NCBI GenBank assembly: GCA_038213805.1
Contig: JBBQSO010000020.1
Coordinates: 1 to 64,000 of the forward strand
Direction: 5' to 3'
From: Planctomycetota bacterium
GTDB lineage: Bacteria > Planctomycetota > UBA11346
Length of the DNA: 64,000 nucleotides
Below the pieces are notes generated by a model. It did not search any database and was not told the DNA's origin. It saw only the letters and a list, made by a program, of their open reading frames with translations. Positions 42,346-51,495 of the stretch are shown in pieces. Numbering within the stretch: position 1 is the stretch's first letter; each line of letters begins with the position of its first letter. A program made the position numbers and the translations under genes.

Positions 42346-43614
42346 ATGTCAGACGCAGCCACCTTGTCAGCTCCTGCCGCCCAGGACCAGCGCTCCACCT
42401 GGGCCTGTCTGTTCAGTGCGCCGGTGCTGATTGCGGCGCTGGGTTACTTCGTCGACATCTACGACCTGGTGCTGTTCAGCATCGTCCGGATCCCCAGCCT
42501 CAAGGATCTCGGGCTCAGCGGCGAAGCTCTCACCAGTGTTGGTCTGCACCTGATGAACATGCAGATGATCGGCATGCTGATCGGCGGCATCCTGTGGGGC
42601 GTCATCGGCGACCGGCGCGGCCGCATCACCACGCTGCTTGGTTCGATCCTGCTCTATTCTCTGGCCAACATCCTCAACGGCATGGTCGGGACGGTCGAGC
42701 AGTACGCGGTGCTGCGCCTGCTCGCCGGCATTGGCCTGGCCGGCGAGCTGGGCGCCGGCATCACCCTGGTGGTCGAGAGCCTGCCGCGCGGCAAGCGCGG
42801 GTACGGGACGATGATGGTGTCGGCGGTCGGTGTCTCGGGCGCGGTAGTAGCGTATTTCGTCAGCCTCGCGGACTGGCGCGAGTCCTACTACATCGGCGGC
42901 GGCATGGGCCTGGCTCTGCTGGTCCTGCGCCTGGTTGCGCACGAGTCCGGGATGTTCGCGCGCCTGAAAACCTCGGGTGTGGGCGATGGCATCGCCCGCG
43001 GCAACGTCTTCGCCCTGTTCACCAGCCGCAGCCGCTGTGCGCGCTTCTTCACCTGCGTCGCGATCGGTTTGCCGCTGTGGTACGTCGTCGGCATATTGGT
43101 GATGCTGTCCCCAGAACTGGGCAGGGCCCTGAGTGTGACCGGCGAGATCAGCGGCGGCAAGGCGGTGATGCTGACCTACGTCGGTCTGGTCGTGGGCGAC
43201 TTCGCCAGCGGCCTGGTCAGCCAGTGGTGGCGCAGCCGCAAGCGTGCCGTCGCGCTCTTCATGGCGTTGACTGCGGGGACTTCGGCAGCCTATTTCGCGT
43301 TCCGCGGCGCCAGCCCGGAGGCCTTCTACGCGTTGATGATGGTGCTGGGCGTGTTCGTCGGCTACTGGGCGCTGTTCGTGACCATCGGCGCCGAGCAGTT
43401 CGGTACCAACCTGCGCGCCACCGTCGCCACCAGTGTGCCCAACGTCGTGCGCGGTGCGCTGGTGCCGATGGCCCTGCTCTTCCAGGCTGGCAAGGGTACG
43501 CTCGGGACTCTCGGCGCGGCAGCAGCGGTTGGCGCAGTGGTGTTCGCCATCGCTGCGGTCGCCCTGGTGTTCCTGCGCGAGACCTTCAACGCGGACCTCG
43601 ACTACGTCGAGTAG
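42346..43614 (+). CDS. MFS transporter
   Basis: GVIGDRRGR motif A, LRLLAGIGLAGELGA, about 12 TMs. Confidence 0.92.
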   Translation: MSDAATLSAPAAQDQRSTWACLFSAPVLIAALGYFVDIYDLVLFSIVRIPSLKDLGLSGEALTSVGLHLMNMQMIGMLIGGILWGVIGDRRGRITTLLGSILLYSLANILNGMVGTVEQYAVLRLLAGIGLAGELGAGITLVVESLPRGKRGYGTMMVSAVGVSGAVVAYFVSLADWRESYYIGGGMGLALLVLRLVAHESGMFARLKTSGVGDGIARGNVFALFTSRSRCARFFTCVAIGLPLWYVVGILVMLSPELGRALSVTGEISGGKAVMLTYVGLVVGDFASGLVSQWWRSRKRAVALFMALTAGTSAAYFAFRGASPEAFYALMMVLGVFVGYWALFVTIGAEQFGTNLRATVATSVPNVVRGALVPMALLFQAGKGTLGTLGAAAAVGAVVFAIAAVALVFLRETFNADLDYVE

Positions 43615-43633
43615 GTCTGCCGTAGTGGGTGGT

Positions 43634-44047
43634 TTACTGCCCCGCGCTCCTGCGCAGCTCCGCCTCGGCCTTCAGAAATTCGTCGTAGTGGATGCTGTCC
43701 AGCCAATGGGCGATAGACGCGGGGCTGTCGCCGAGGGTGGCGAGCTGGCGCTTGGTGTCGGGTAGCTGGGCGCGGATGGCGGCGGCCTCGTCCAGGTTGG
43801 TCTTCACCGCCGGGCTGTCGGTGAGGCCGAGCGCCATGACCTCGCGCATGCTCTTGGTCTGGTTCATCAGACGCACCGCGAATTCCGACTGCGCCTTGAC
43901 CTTGAGGTCGAGGCTGATGGAACCGGTCACGGGATCGCCAACGGAGCTGGTCGTAGGCATGGCGACCGCCGCGCCGGCGCTGCTGCGCCAGATGACGATG
44001 GCGACCGTCGCCACGATGGCCAGGCCGAGCGCTGTGCTGATCTTCAT
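43634..44047 (-). CDS. Hypothetical exported/anchored protein
   Basis: N-terminal hydrophobic helix; SD GGAG. Confidence 0.6.
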   Translation of the reverse strand: MKISTALGLAIVATVAIVIWRSSAGAAVAMPTTSSVGDPVTGSISLDLKVKAQSEFAVRLMNQTKSMREVMALGLTDSPAVKTNLDEAAAIRAQLPDTKRQLATLGDSPASIAHWLDSIHYDEFLKAEAELRRSAGQ

Positions 44048-44301
44048 GGCGTGCTCCGCATGCGGTGCGCCTCCAGCCGGAAGGCTGTCGGCGGCCACAC
44101 CGGCAGTCTACCCCGGGATGGCGCCGCCGCGGCTGCCATCCCGGTGATCACGCGACGCAGGTGCTCTGCCGCGGCATCGAATCGGTCGCGGGCCTCTGCG
44201 ATCGGCTGCGCCAGGGTGGGCTTGCAGGGCGGTCCGGGAGCCTGTTGGCGCGTTGGCGCGCCGCGGGTTCCATTGGAAGGTTGCGCCATCTCCAGACGTC
44301 T

Positions 44302-44637
44302 TCAGCCCTTGCGCAGCGTCTCGTCGACCTGTCTTTCGGCCAGCAGCCAGTCATGGACCGGGTTGCCGCCGCTGAAGCCGCGCTTCTGGGCGATAAAGTA
44401 GGCGGCATCGCCGATGAGTTTGCGCCGCTCGTCGGCGCTGACCACCTTGGTACCCGCCTTGGCCGGGGCTTTCGCTGCCTGGGCTGCGGGAGCTGCTGCT
44501 GCCTTTGTCGCCGGGGCGATGGGGGCCACGGACTTCGCAACGGGTGCAGCTGCTGGTTTGGCTGCAGGGACGGCAGCGGCCGGCTTTGCCGCCGGTGCTG
44601 CGGTCTTTCCAGGGGTCGGTTTCGGGGTCGGTGCCAT
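44302..44637 (-). CDS. DUF2934 domain protein with Lys/Ala/Pro-rich N-terminus
   Basis: IGDAAYFIAQKRGF..G....DWLLAERQV. Confidence 0.85.
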   Translation of the reverse strand: MAPTPKPTPGKTAAPAAKPAAAVPAAKPAAAPVAKSVAPIAPATKAAAAPAAQAAKAPAKAGTKVVSADERRKLIGDAAYFIAQKRGFSGGNPVHDWLLAERQVDETLRKG

Positions 44638-44950
44638 GTGGATCTCCCAATGGAGTGAGCCTAAGCCCCCGCATCGGCTCTACAAGACCACGCGGACGTC
44701 ACGCCATTGTGCAATCCGCCGCCGGGTGCGACGCCCAGGCCTGGGGGATCGTGACTGGCACAGGCTGGGCCCGAGGCATGATTCAGGGCGATGCTTGAAA
44801 CCCGGTCCACCGCGTCGATAACCGCATGATCGTAGTGACACTACCCATTCCCTTGCAGGTGCGCATGTCCGTGGTTCGCAAGCAAAGCCCATCGCCCGCC
44901 TTCGCTGATGGGATCCGTGCCAGGTCGCATTATAGGTCCAAGGGGTGGCG

Positions 44951-45844
44951 ATGAGGCGCGTCCTGCTGGTGGAAGACGATGATGCGGTGCGCAGGGTGCT
45001 CGAGATCATCCTCACCCGCGCCGGCTGGGAAGTCGCGAGCGTCGGCGGCGTGGACGAGGCCGAGCGCAGCTTTGGGCTGGAGCCGACCGACGTGGTGCTC
45101 TCCGACCTGGTTATGCCTGGCAAGGGCGCGGTCGAGCTGCTCGTAAGTCTGCGCGAACACGACCCGCGCCTGGCCTTCGTGGTGATGTCGGGCCAGCTCA
45201 CCGACGAGCGTTTCCGCGCCCTGCTCCAGGACGGTGCCAGCGACTGTCTGGCCAAGCCCTGCGAAGCCGACCTGCTCAATCGCGCGCTTGAACGCGCGGT
45301 GCTGCTGCGCCGCAGTCTCGATGGTGCGGTCGGCGCGGATCAGCCGCCGTCGCTGGAGATGCCCGCCGACCTCGTCGAGCGCACGCGTCTGCTCGGGCGC
45401 GTCGACGAGGCCGCCCAGGCCGGTGGCTTTGACCTGCGCCGCAACCGCATCCTGCTCGCCCTCGACGAAGCCTTCACCAACGCGGTCAAGCACGGCGCGC
45501 GCGGCGACCGCAACCGCAGCATCGTCGTCACCGCCTCGTTCACCGTGCACGGCGGCGTGGTCACGGTCAGCGATCCGGGCCCGGGCTTCGATGCCGGGAT
45601 GGCCACCCTCGAGCGCGACCGCGCGCTGAGCCGGCGCGGCATGCACCTCATCCGCACCGCCTGTGACGACGTACGCTGGATCGGTCGCGGCAATGTCTGC
45701 CAGATGGTCTTCCGCCAGCCACCGCCCGAGGAGCTGATGGCCGCACAGCGTGCCCGCCAGGCACGCAGCGAGCGACGCCGCGCGAAGCGCATGGCCTCGT
45801 CGACGACGCTGCGTCCGCCGGTGGCCGGCCCGGGACCCGTCTGA
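44951..45844 (+). CDS. Receiver domain + RsbW-like HATPase_c protein
   Basis: LLVEDD, SDLVMPG, LAKP; ALDEAFTNAVKHG, DPGPGFD, RGMHLI; alternative start GTG 44945. Confidence 0.85.
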   Translation: MRRVLLVEDDDAVRRVLEIILTRAGWEVASVGGVDEAERSFGLEPTDVVLSDLVMPGKGAVELLVSLREHDPRLAFVVMSGQLTDERFRALLQDGASDCLAKPCEADLLNRALERAVLLRRSLDGAVGADQPPSLEMPADLVERTRLLGRVDEAAQAGGFDLRRNRILLALDEAFTNAVKHGARGDRNRSIVVTASFTVHGGVVTVSDPGPGFDAGMATLERDRALSRRGMHLIRTACDDVRWIGRGNVCQMVFRQPPPEELMAAQRARQARSERRRAKRMASSTTLRPPVAGPGPV

Positions 45845-45851
45845 GCGCGCC

Positions 45852-47033
45852 ATGGCGGTGAGCCGCGCCTTCCTGCGCGAGTTTCTCGACGAGTCGGAGC
45901 GCCACCTGCTCAGCGTCGAGGGTGCGGTGCGCGCCATCTCCGGTCAGCCCTACCGCGAGGAGCCGCTGCACGAGGCCTTCCGTGCCATCCACGCCTTCAC
46001 CGGCGGCGCCTGCTTCCTCGGCCTCGAGCGTCCGCACCGCCTGGCGCGCGCCGTCGAGTCGGCGCTCGATGCCCTGCGCGTGCGCAGCCTGGCCTGCACC
46101 GCGGAGCAGTCCGGGCGGCTGTTCGATGCGCTCGCGCGGCTGCGCGTGCTGCTCGCCGCGCAGCGCGGAGAGGGCGCGGTACCGGGCGACGACGAGGAGC
46201 AGATCGCCGCGCTGCGTACCGCCGTCAACCTCGCCCTTGCGCAGTCCGACGACTACCGGCCGAGCACCTCGACGGTGGTGCGCCTGATCAAGGCCGAGAT
46301 CGCGCCCGCCAGCGACGTTTTCGCTCCCGACGTGCCCGACGAGCCCGGCAAGCCCGCGCTCGAGCCGCGCATCGTCACCAGCGCGCGCTTCAACCAGGCA
46401 GCCCTCGCCGCCATCGACCGCCTGGTCGCGACCCTGCCTGGCGACTGGCACGAGATCGGCAAGCAGCTGCGCGAACTGGGTCGCCACGCCGCCGCCTGGC
46501 CGACCGCCGCATGCGACCGTCTGGTGGCGATGCGCCGCTTCGGCGACCGCCTCGAGACCGGCCATCCGGAGGCGGCAGAGGCCTACGCGCACATCGTCCT
46601 CCAGGCCGAAGGGCTGCGTGCCATCCTCGCACCGGCGGCAACCGCCGCAGCGCCAACCGCCCCGCGAGCGGTACCAGTGGCTGGCGAGGCGGCCGCGGCT
46701 GACCTCGACCCCGACACCCTGTCCTTCTGCCGCGAGGCTACCGACCTGCTCGGAGCCATCGAGTCGGTGGTGAACAAGCCGGGACGATTTGATGATGACG
46801 GCATCGAGGCCGTGGTGCAGGCGTTCCGCGCGCTCGGAGAAACCGCCGCCCGCCTGCACATGCCGTGGGTGGAGAACGTCGCCCGTCGCCTGGAGCGTGA
46901 CCTCGAACAGCGCCACGGTTCGGCCTCGACGTCGCCGGCCACGCAGCGCGTCCTGGCGACGGCCGGGGTGGACGCGCTGCGCGTGCTGATCCGGCGGGTG
47001 CGGGGACAGGGGCGGGGGGCGGGGAGGCGGTAG
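45852..47033 (+). CDS. Hpt-domain protein (CheA-P1-like N-terminus, degenerate second Hpt)
   Basis: EFLDESERHL..FRAIHAFTGGACFLGL..ESALDALR. Confidence 0.75.
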   Translation: MAVSRAFLREFLDESERHLLSVEGAVRAISGQPYREEPLHEAFRAIHAFTGGACFLGLERPHRLARAVESALDALRVRSLACTAEQSGRLFDALARLRVLLAAQRGEGAVPGDDEEQIAALRTAVNLALAQSDDYRPSTSTVVRLIKAEIAPASDVFAPDVPDEPGKPALEPRIVTSARFNQAALAAIDRLVATLPGDWHEIGKQLRELGRHAAAWPTAACDRLVAMRRFGDRLETGHPEAAEAYAHIVLQAEGLRAILAPAATAAAPTAPRAVPVAGEAAAADLDPDTLSFCREATDLLGAIESVVNKPGRFDDDGIEAVVQAFRALGETAARLHMPWVENVARRLERDLEQRHGSASTSPATQRVLATAGVDALRVLIRRVRGQGRGAGRR

Positions 47034-47266
47034 ACTCTAGACGCTAGACCCTAGACCCTAGACCCTAGACCCTAGACCCTAGACCCTAGACCCTAGACCC
47101 TAGACCCTAGACCCTAGACCCTAGACCCTAGACCCTAGACCCTAGATCCTAGATCCTAGATCCTAGATCCTAGATCCTAGAGAGGTGTAACGGGTCATGA
47201 GCAGAGGATGGCGATGATGCGTCATCACTTGGTCAGGCGATCTAGGGTCTAGGGTCCCAGTTCCCA
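47031..47266. repeat. (TAGACCC)n heptamer array of 21 units with inverted partner arm
   Basis: TAGACTC, TAGACGC, TAGACCC x14, TAGATCC x5 (47031-47177); inverted GATCTAG GGTCTAG GGTCCCA GTTCCCA at 47239-47266. Confidence 0.97.
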
Positions 47267-47372
47267 GGTTTCCGCGCGAGTCGCGTCGGAACCTCGATCA
47301 GAGAGGTGGACAGGGAAAAGCGGCGGCCCCCGCCTTGCCCGGGCACGGGGGCCCGGCATCATTCCCGGCCCT

Positions 47373-50012
47373 ATGACGCAGCCCCAGACCCAGCCCCGCG
47401 CCTACGAACCCGCCGCCATCGAGCTCAAGTGGCAGGCCCATTGGGATGCCGCCGGCACCCACGAGGTGCGCGACGATCTGCCGCGCGAGCAGTGCTACTA
47501 CGTGCTCGAGATGTTCCCGTATCCGAGTGGCAAGCTGCACATGGGGCATGTGCGCAATTACTCGATCGGTGACGCGGTCGCGCGCTACAAGCGCATGCGC
47601 GGGTTCCACGTGCTGCACCCGATGGGCTGGGACTCCTTCGGCCTGCCCGCCGAGCAGGCGGCGATCGAGCGCGGCGCGCACCCGCGCACCTGGACCTATG
47701 ACAACCTCGCGTACATGCGCGGGCAGCTCAAGCGCCTGGGCCTGAGCTATGCGTGGTCGCGCGAGTTCGCGACCAGCGACCCCGGCTACGCGGCGCGCGA
47801 GCAGGACCTTTTCCTCGACCTAGTCGAGAAGGGGCTGGTCTACCGCAAGTCGTCGCTGGTGAACTGGTCGACCGGCCTGAACACTGTGCTCGCCAACGAG
47901 CAGGTCATCGACGGCAAGTGCTGGCGCACTAGCATGCCGGTGATCCAGAAGGAGCTGCCGCAGTGGGTGATGCGCACCACGCATTACGCCGAGGAGCTGC
48001 TCCAGGGCACCTACGACCTGAAAGGCTGGCCTGACGCGGTGCTGACCCAGCAGCGCAACTGGATCGGCAAGTCGCTGGGCGCCGAGATCGACTTCGCGGT
48101 CGAAGGCCACTCGGGCGTCAAGATCACGGTCTTCACCACCCGGCCCGACACCGTGTTCGGTGTCACCTTCCTGTCGATAGCGCCCGAGCACGCGCTGCTC
48201 GAGGCCATCGTGCCGGCCTCGCACCGCGCCGCGGTCGAGGCCTTCAAGGCTGAGACCCGCGCGGTCTCGGCGCACGACCGCACTGGCGACACCGCCGAGA
48301 AGAAGGGCGTGTTCACCGGCGCCCACGTCATCAACCCGGTGAATGGGGAGCGCGTCCAACTGTGGGCGGCCAACTTCGTGGTCGCCGACTACGGCACCGG
48401 CGCGGTCATGGCCGTGCCGGCGCACGACACCCGCGACTTCGAATTCGCGCGGAAATATGGCATCGCGATCAAGGCCGTGATCGCGCCTGCGGGCGGCGCG
48501 GCCGCGCCTGCGGATGCGGCGTTCACCGAGGCGGGCGTGCTGGTCGACTCCGGCACCTTCACCGGCCAGGACTCGACCGCGGCCAAGACCGCGATCACCG
48601 CCTGGCTTCAGGAAAGCGGCAAGGGCCGCCAGACCATCACCTGGCGCCTGCGCGACTGGGGCATCAGCCGCCAGCGCTACTGGGGCAATCCCATCCCGTT
48701 CGTCTATGGCGAGACCTCCGGCGCAGTGCCGCTGCGCAAGCAGGACCTGCCGGTGACGCTGCCGGACGACGTGACCTTCGACGGCATCGGCAATCCGCTC
48801 GAGAAGCATCCGCGCTGGGCGACCACCGCGGCGGACGGCGCGCCGCTGAGCGTGCGCACCGCGCACGGCCCCGAGGCGGCGCGTCGCGAGACCGACACCA
48901 TGGACACCTTCATGGAGTCGTCGTGGTACTTTGCGCGCTTCACCTGCCCGGATTTCGCGGGCCCGCTCGATAAGAAACGCGTCGACCACTGGCTGCCGGT
49001 CGACCTCTACATCGGCGGCATCGAGCACGCCGTGCTGCACCTGCTCTACGCACGCTTCTTCCAGAAGGCGCTGTGCGACATCGGCTACTCGACGGTGCGC
49101 GAGCCGTTCAAGCGCCTGCTCTGCCAGGGCATGGTGTGCATGGAGACCTTCTCACGGCCACTGGCCGACGGGAAGAAGCAGTACTTCTACCCTGATGAGC
49201 TCGACATCGACAAGGACGACAGCGGTCGCATCGGCGCGGCGCGGCTCAAGGCCGACGGCCTGCCTGTCGACGTCGGTCGCGTCGAGAAGATGTCCAAGTC
49301 GAAGCGCAACACCGTCGATCCGCAGCGGCTCATCGACACCTACGGCGCCGACACCGCGCGGCTCTTCGTGCTCTCGGACGTACCGCCCGAGCTGGACGTG
49401 CAGTGGTCGGAGAACAGCGTGCGCGGCGCCAACCGCTTCCTCAAGCGCGTCTGGGTGCTGGTGCAGGCCAACCTCGCCGCGCTGCAGGCGGTCACGCCCT
49501 TCGCCGGACATGCCAAGGATCTCGCCGGTGCCGACCAGGCGCTGGTGCGCAAGGTGCACTGGGCGGTCAAGCGCGCCACCGACGCGCTGGAAAAGGACTT
49601 CGCCTTCAACACCGCGATCGCGGCGTGCATGGAGCTGACCAACGAGCTCAAGCCTGAGGCGCTGTCCGCGCCGGTGTTCGCGCTTGGCGTCACCAGCCTG
49701 CTGCGCCTGCTGGCGCCACTCGCTCCGCACCTCGCCCACGAGCTGTGGGCCGAGCTGGGCAATGCGCAGGATATCACCGCCGCCGGCTGGCCGGCCTACG
49801 ACGCCGCGCAGATCGATGCCGACGACGCCGAACTGCCGGTCCAGGTCAACGGCAAGATGAAAGGCAAGATCGTGCTGCCACGCAGCCTGATCGGCGCCGC
49901 GCTCGAAGCGGCGGTGCTCGCCCATCCCGACGTGGTCGCCCTGATCGGCGACCGCCCGGTGCGGAAGCTGGTGGTGGTGCCGGGCAAGATCGTGAACCTG
50001 GTCCTGGGTTAG
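47373..50012 (+). CDS. leuS: Leucine--tRNA ligase
   Basis: MFPYPSGKLHMGH, FTTRPDT, DWGISRQRYWG, KMSKS, PVQVNGK. Confidence 0.97.
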   Translation: MTQPQTQPRAYEPAAIELKWQAHWDAAGTHEVRDDLPREQCYYVLEMFPYPSGKLHMGHVRNYSIGDAVARYKRMRGFHVLHPMGWDSFGLPAEQAAIERGAHPRTWTYDNLAYMRGQLKRLGLSYAWSREFATSDPGYAAREQDLFLDLVEKGLVYRKSSLVNWSTGLNTVLANEQVIDGKCWRTSMPVIQKELPQWVMRTTHYAEELLQGTYDLKGWPDAVLTQQRNWIGKSLGAEIDFAVEGHSGVKITVFTTRPDTVFGVTFLSIAPEHALLEAIVPASHRAAVEAFKAETRAVSAHDRTGDTAEKKGVFTGAHVINPVNGERVQLWAANFVVADYGTGAVMAVPAHDTRDFEFARKYGIAIKAVIAPAGGAAAPADAAFTEAGVLVDSGTFTGQDSTAAKTAITAWLQESGKGRQTITWRLRDWGISRQRYWGNPIPFVYGETSGAVPLRKQDLPVTLPDDVTFDGIGNPLEKHPRWATTAADGAPLSVRTAHGPEAARRETDTMDTFMESSWYFARFTCPDFAGPLDKKRVDHWLPVDLYIGGIEHAVLHLLYARFFQKALCDIGYSTVREPFKRLLCQGMVCMETFSRPLADGKKQYFYPDELDIDKDDSGRIGAARLKADGLPVDVGRVEKMSKSKRNTVDPQRLIDTYGADTARLFVLSDVPPELDVQWSENSVRGANRFLKRVWVLVQANLAALQAVTPFAGHAKDLAGADQALVRKVHWAVKRATDALEKDFAFNTAIAACMELTNELKPEALSAPVFALGVTSLLRLLAPLAPHLAHELWAELGNAQDITAAGWPAYDAAQIDADDAELPVQVNGKMKGKIVLPRSLIGAALEAAVLAHPDVVALIGDRPVRKLVVVPGKIVNLVLG

Positions 50013-50013
50013 C

Positions 50014-50295
50014 GTGCGCGCGCCGCGGGTGGTGTTCGGCGACACCGTGGTGCCGGCCACGCCGGGCCACGACCTGCTCGCGCTGCTGCTGTCCGCGCAG
50101 GCGGACATCCAGTACCTGTGCATGGGCGGCTCGTGCGGCACCTGCCGGGTGCAGATCCGCGCGGGGCGCGCGCACCTCGCGCCCATGGGCGCGGCCGAGT
50201 TGGCGCTGCTGCCGGACAGCGATGGTGGCGAACGTCTCGCCTGCCAGGCGCTGGTGATCGGCGATGGCGATGTGGTGGTGGCACAAGCGCATTGA
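50014..50295 (+). CDS. 2Fe-2S ferredoxin-like protein
   Basis: CMGGSCGTC and RLACQ. Confidence 0.85.
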   Translation: MRAPRVVFGDTVVPATPGHDLLALLLSAQADIQYLCMGGSCGTCRVQIRAGRAHLAPMGAAELALLPDSDGGERLACQALVIGDGDVVVAQAH

Positions 50296-50612
50296 GCATG
50301 CGGGCGGACGGACGGTTGCCTGTGGGAGCCCTGGAGGGACGTCCAGGGAACTGCCCGGCTGCGCTCGCGAGGAATGCTGCAGGGACTGACAGTCGCACAA
50401 GAAGTAACGGATTTTACCGCCCGGAATTCATATTCTGGCGATGCTGCACCGGGCAGATGGCGCTGGCGCGCGCCGCCTCTGGCACCATAGTCGATGGTCA
50501 TCCGCAGCGTCCGTGCGGCACGCCGACTTCCGGAATTTCCGGGCTGATTGTCACATTTTATAACCATCCCAACGTCCGCGCGGGAGCGATCCTGGCGCCT
50601 GGAGCACATCCC

Positions 50613-51353
50613 ATGGCCAAAGCCTCTTTCAATCTCATCGGCGGCGAAAAAGGCGGCGTGGGCAAGTCGGTGATGGCGCGCCTCGTCGCCCAGTATTTCA
50701 TCGACCGCGACCTGCCCTTCGTCGGCTTCGACACCGACCGCTCGCACGCCACCTTCCGGCGTTTCTACGCCGACTTCGCCAGCCCGGTGGTGGTCGACGA
50801 CTTCGCCAGCCTCGACGCCGTCGCCGAGGCCGCGGTGGCCGCGCCAGACCGGCAGATCCTGGTCGACCTCGCCGCCCAGACCCTGGCGCCGCTGCAGCGC
50901 TGGTGCGAGGACTCCGGCCTGTTCGAGCTGCTCGGCGAAGCCGGCCTGCCGGTGCGCTTCTGGCACGTCATGGACGACGGCATGGATTCGGTGGCAATGC
51001 TCGAGCGGCTGGTCACGACCTTCGGCCGCAGCGTCTCGTACGTGGTGGTGCTCAATCATGGCCGCGGCGCCGACTTCGCCGCCTTCCACGCCTCGGCGGC
51101 CAAGCGCCTCGCGCTCGACCACCAGGCCACCATCATCGAACTGCGCCGCCTGCACGAAGGTTCGATGCGCAAGATCGACCTGCACGACGCCAGTTTCTGG
51201 GCCGCGATCAACGTGCGCAGCGGCGACCAGCAGCTCGGTCTGCTCGAGCGGCAGCGCGTGAAGATCTGGCTGGGCCGGGTCTACGAGGACCTCGACCGCG
51301 TCTTCGGCGCCACGGCGCAGCGCGCCATCGCCCAGGGCGCCGCGGGCGGATGA
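50613..51353 (+). CDS. ParA/MinD-like P-loop NTPase
   Basis: Deviant Walker A GEKGGVGKS, FDTD, LVDLAA; SD GGAG. Confidence 0.8.
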   Translation: MAKASFNLIGGEKGGVGKSVMARLVAQYFIDRDLPFVGFDTDRSHATFRRFYADFASPVVVDDFASLDAVAEAAVAAPDRQILVDLAAQTLAPLQRWCEDSGLFELLGEAGLPVRFWHVMDDGMDSVAMLERLVTTFGRSVSYVVVLNHGRGADFAAFHASAAKRLALDHQATIIELRRLHEGSMRKIDLHDASFWAAINVRSGDQQLGLLERQRVKIWLGRVYEDLDRVFGATAQRAIAQGAAGG

Positions 51354-51495
51354 GCTGGTGGGAGGTTGCCTGCGGTCGGGGTGATCGCTGGATGCAGCAG
51401 GCGCCGCGCCGCAGAGACCTGTGATCCGAGGTGCGCGGCGCTCGACTGCCCCAGTGAGGATCCGCATGTGCGCAACTCTTCCCAATGCGCTGACG

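Noticed and set aside
47031..47181. CRISPR array or eukaryotic telomere contamination
   Set aside because: Units are 7 nt with no spacers and no cas genes; the tract is internal, flanked by bacterial genes, and the same unit recurs at 30825-30935
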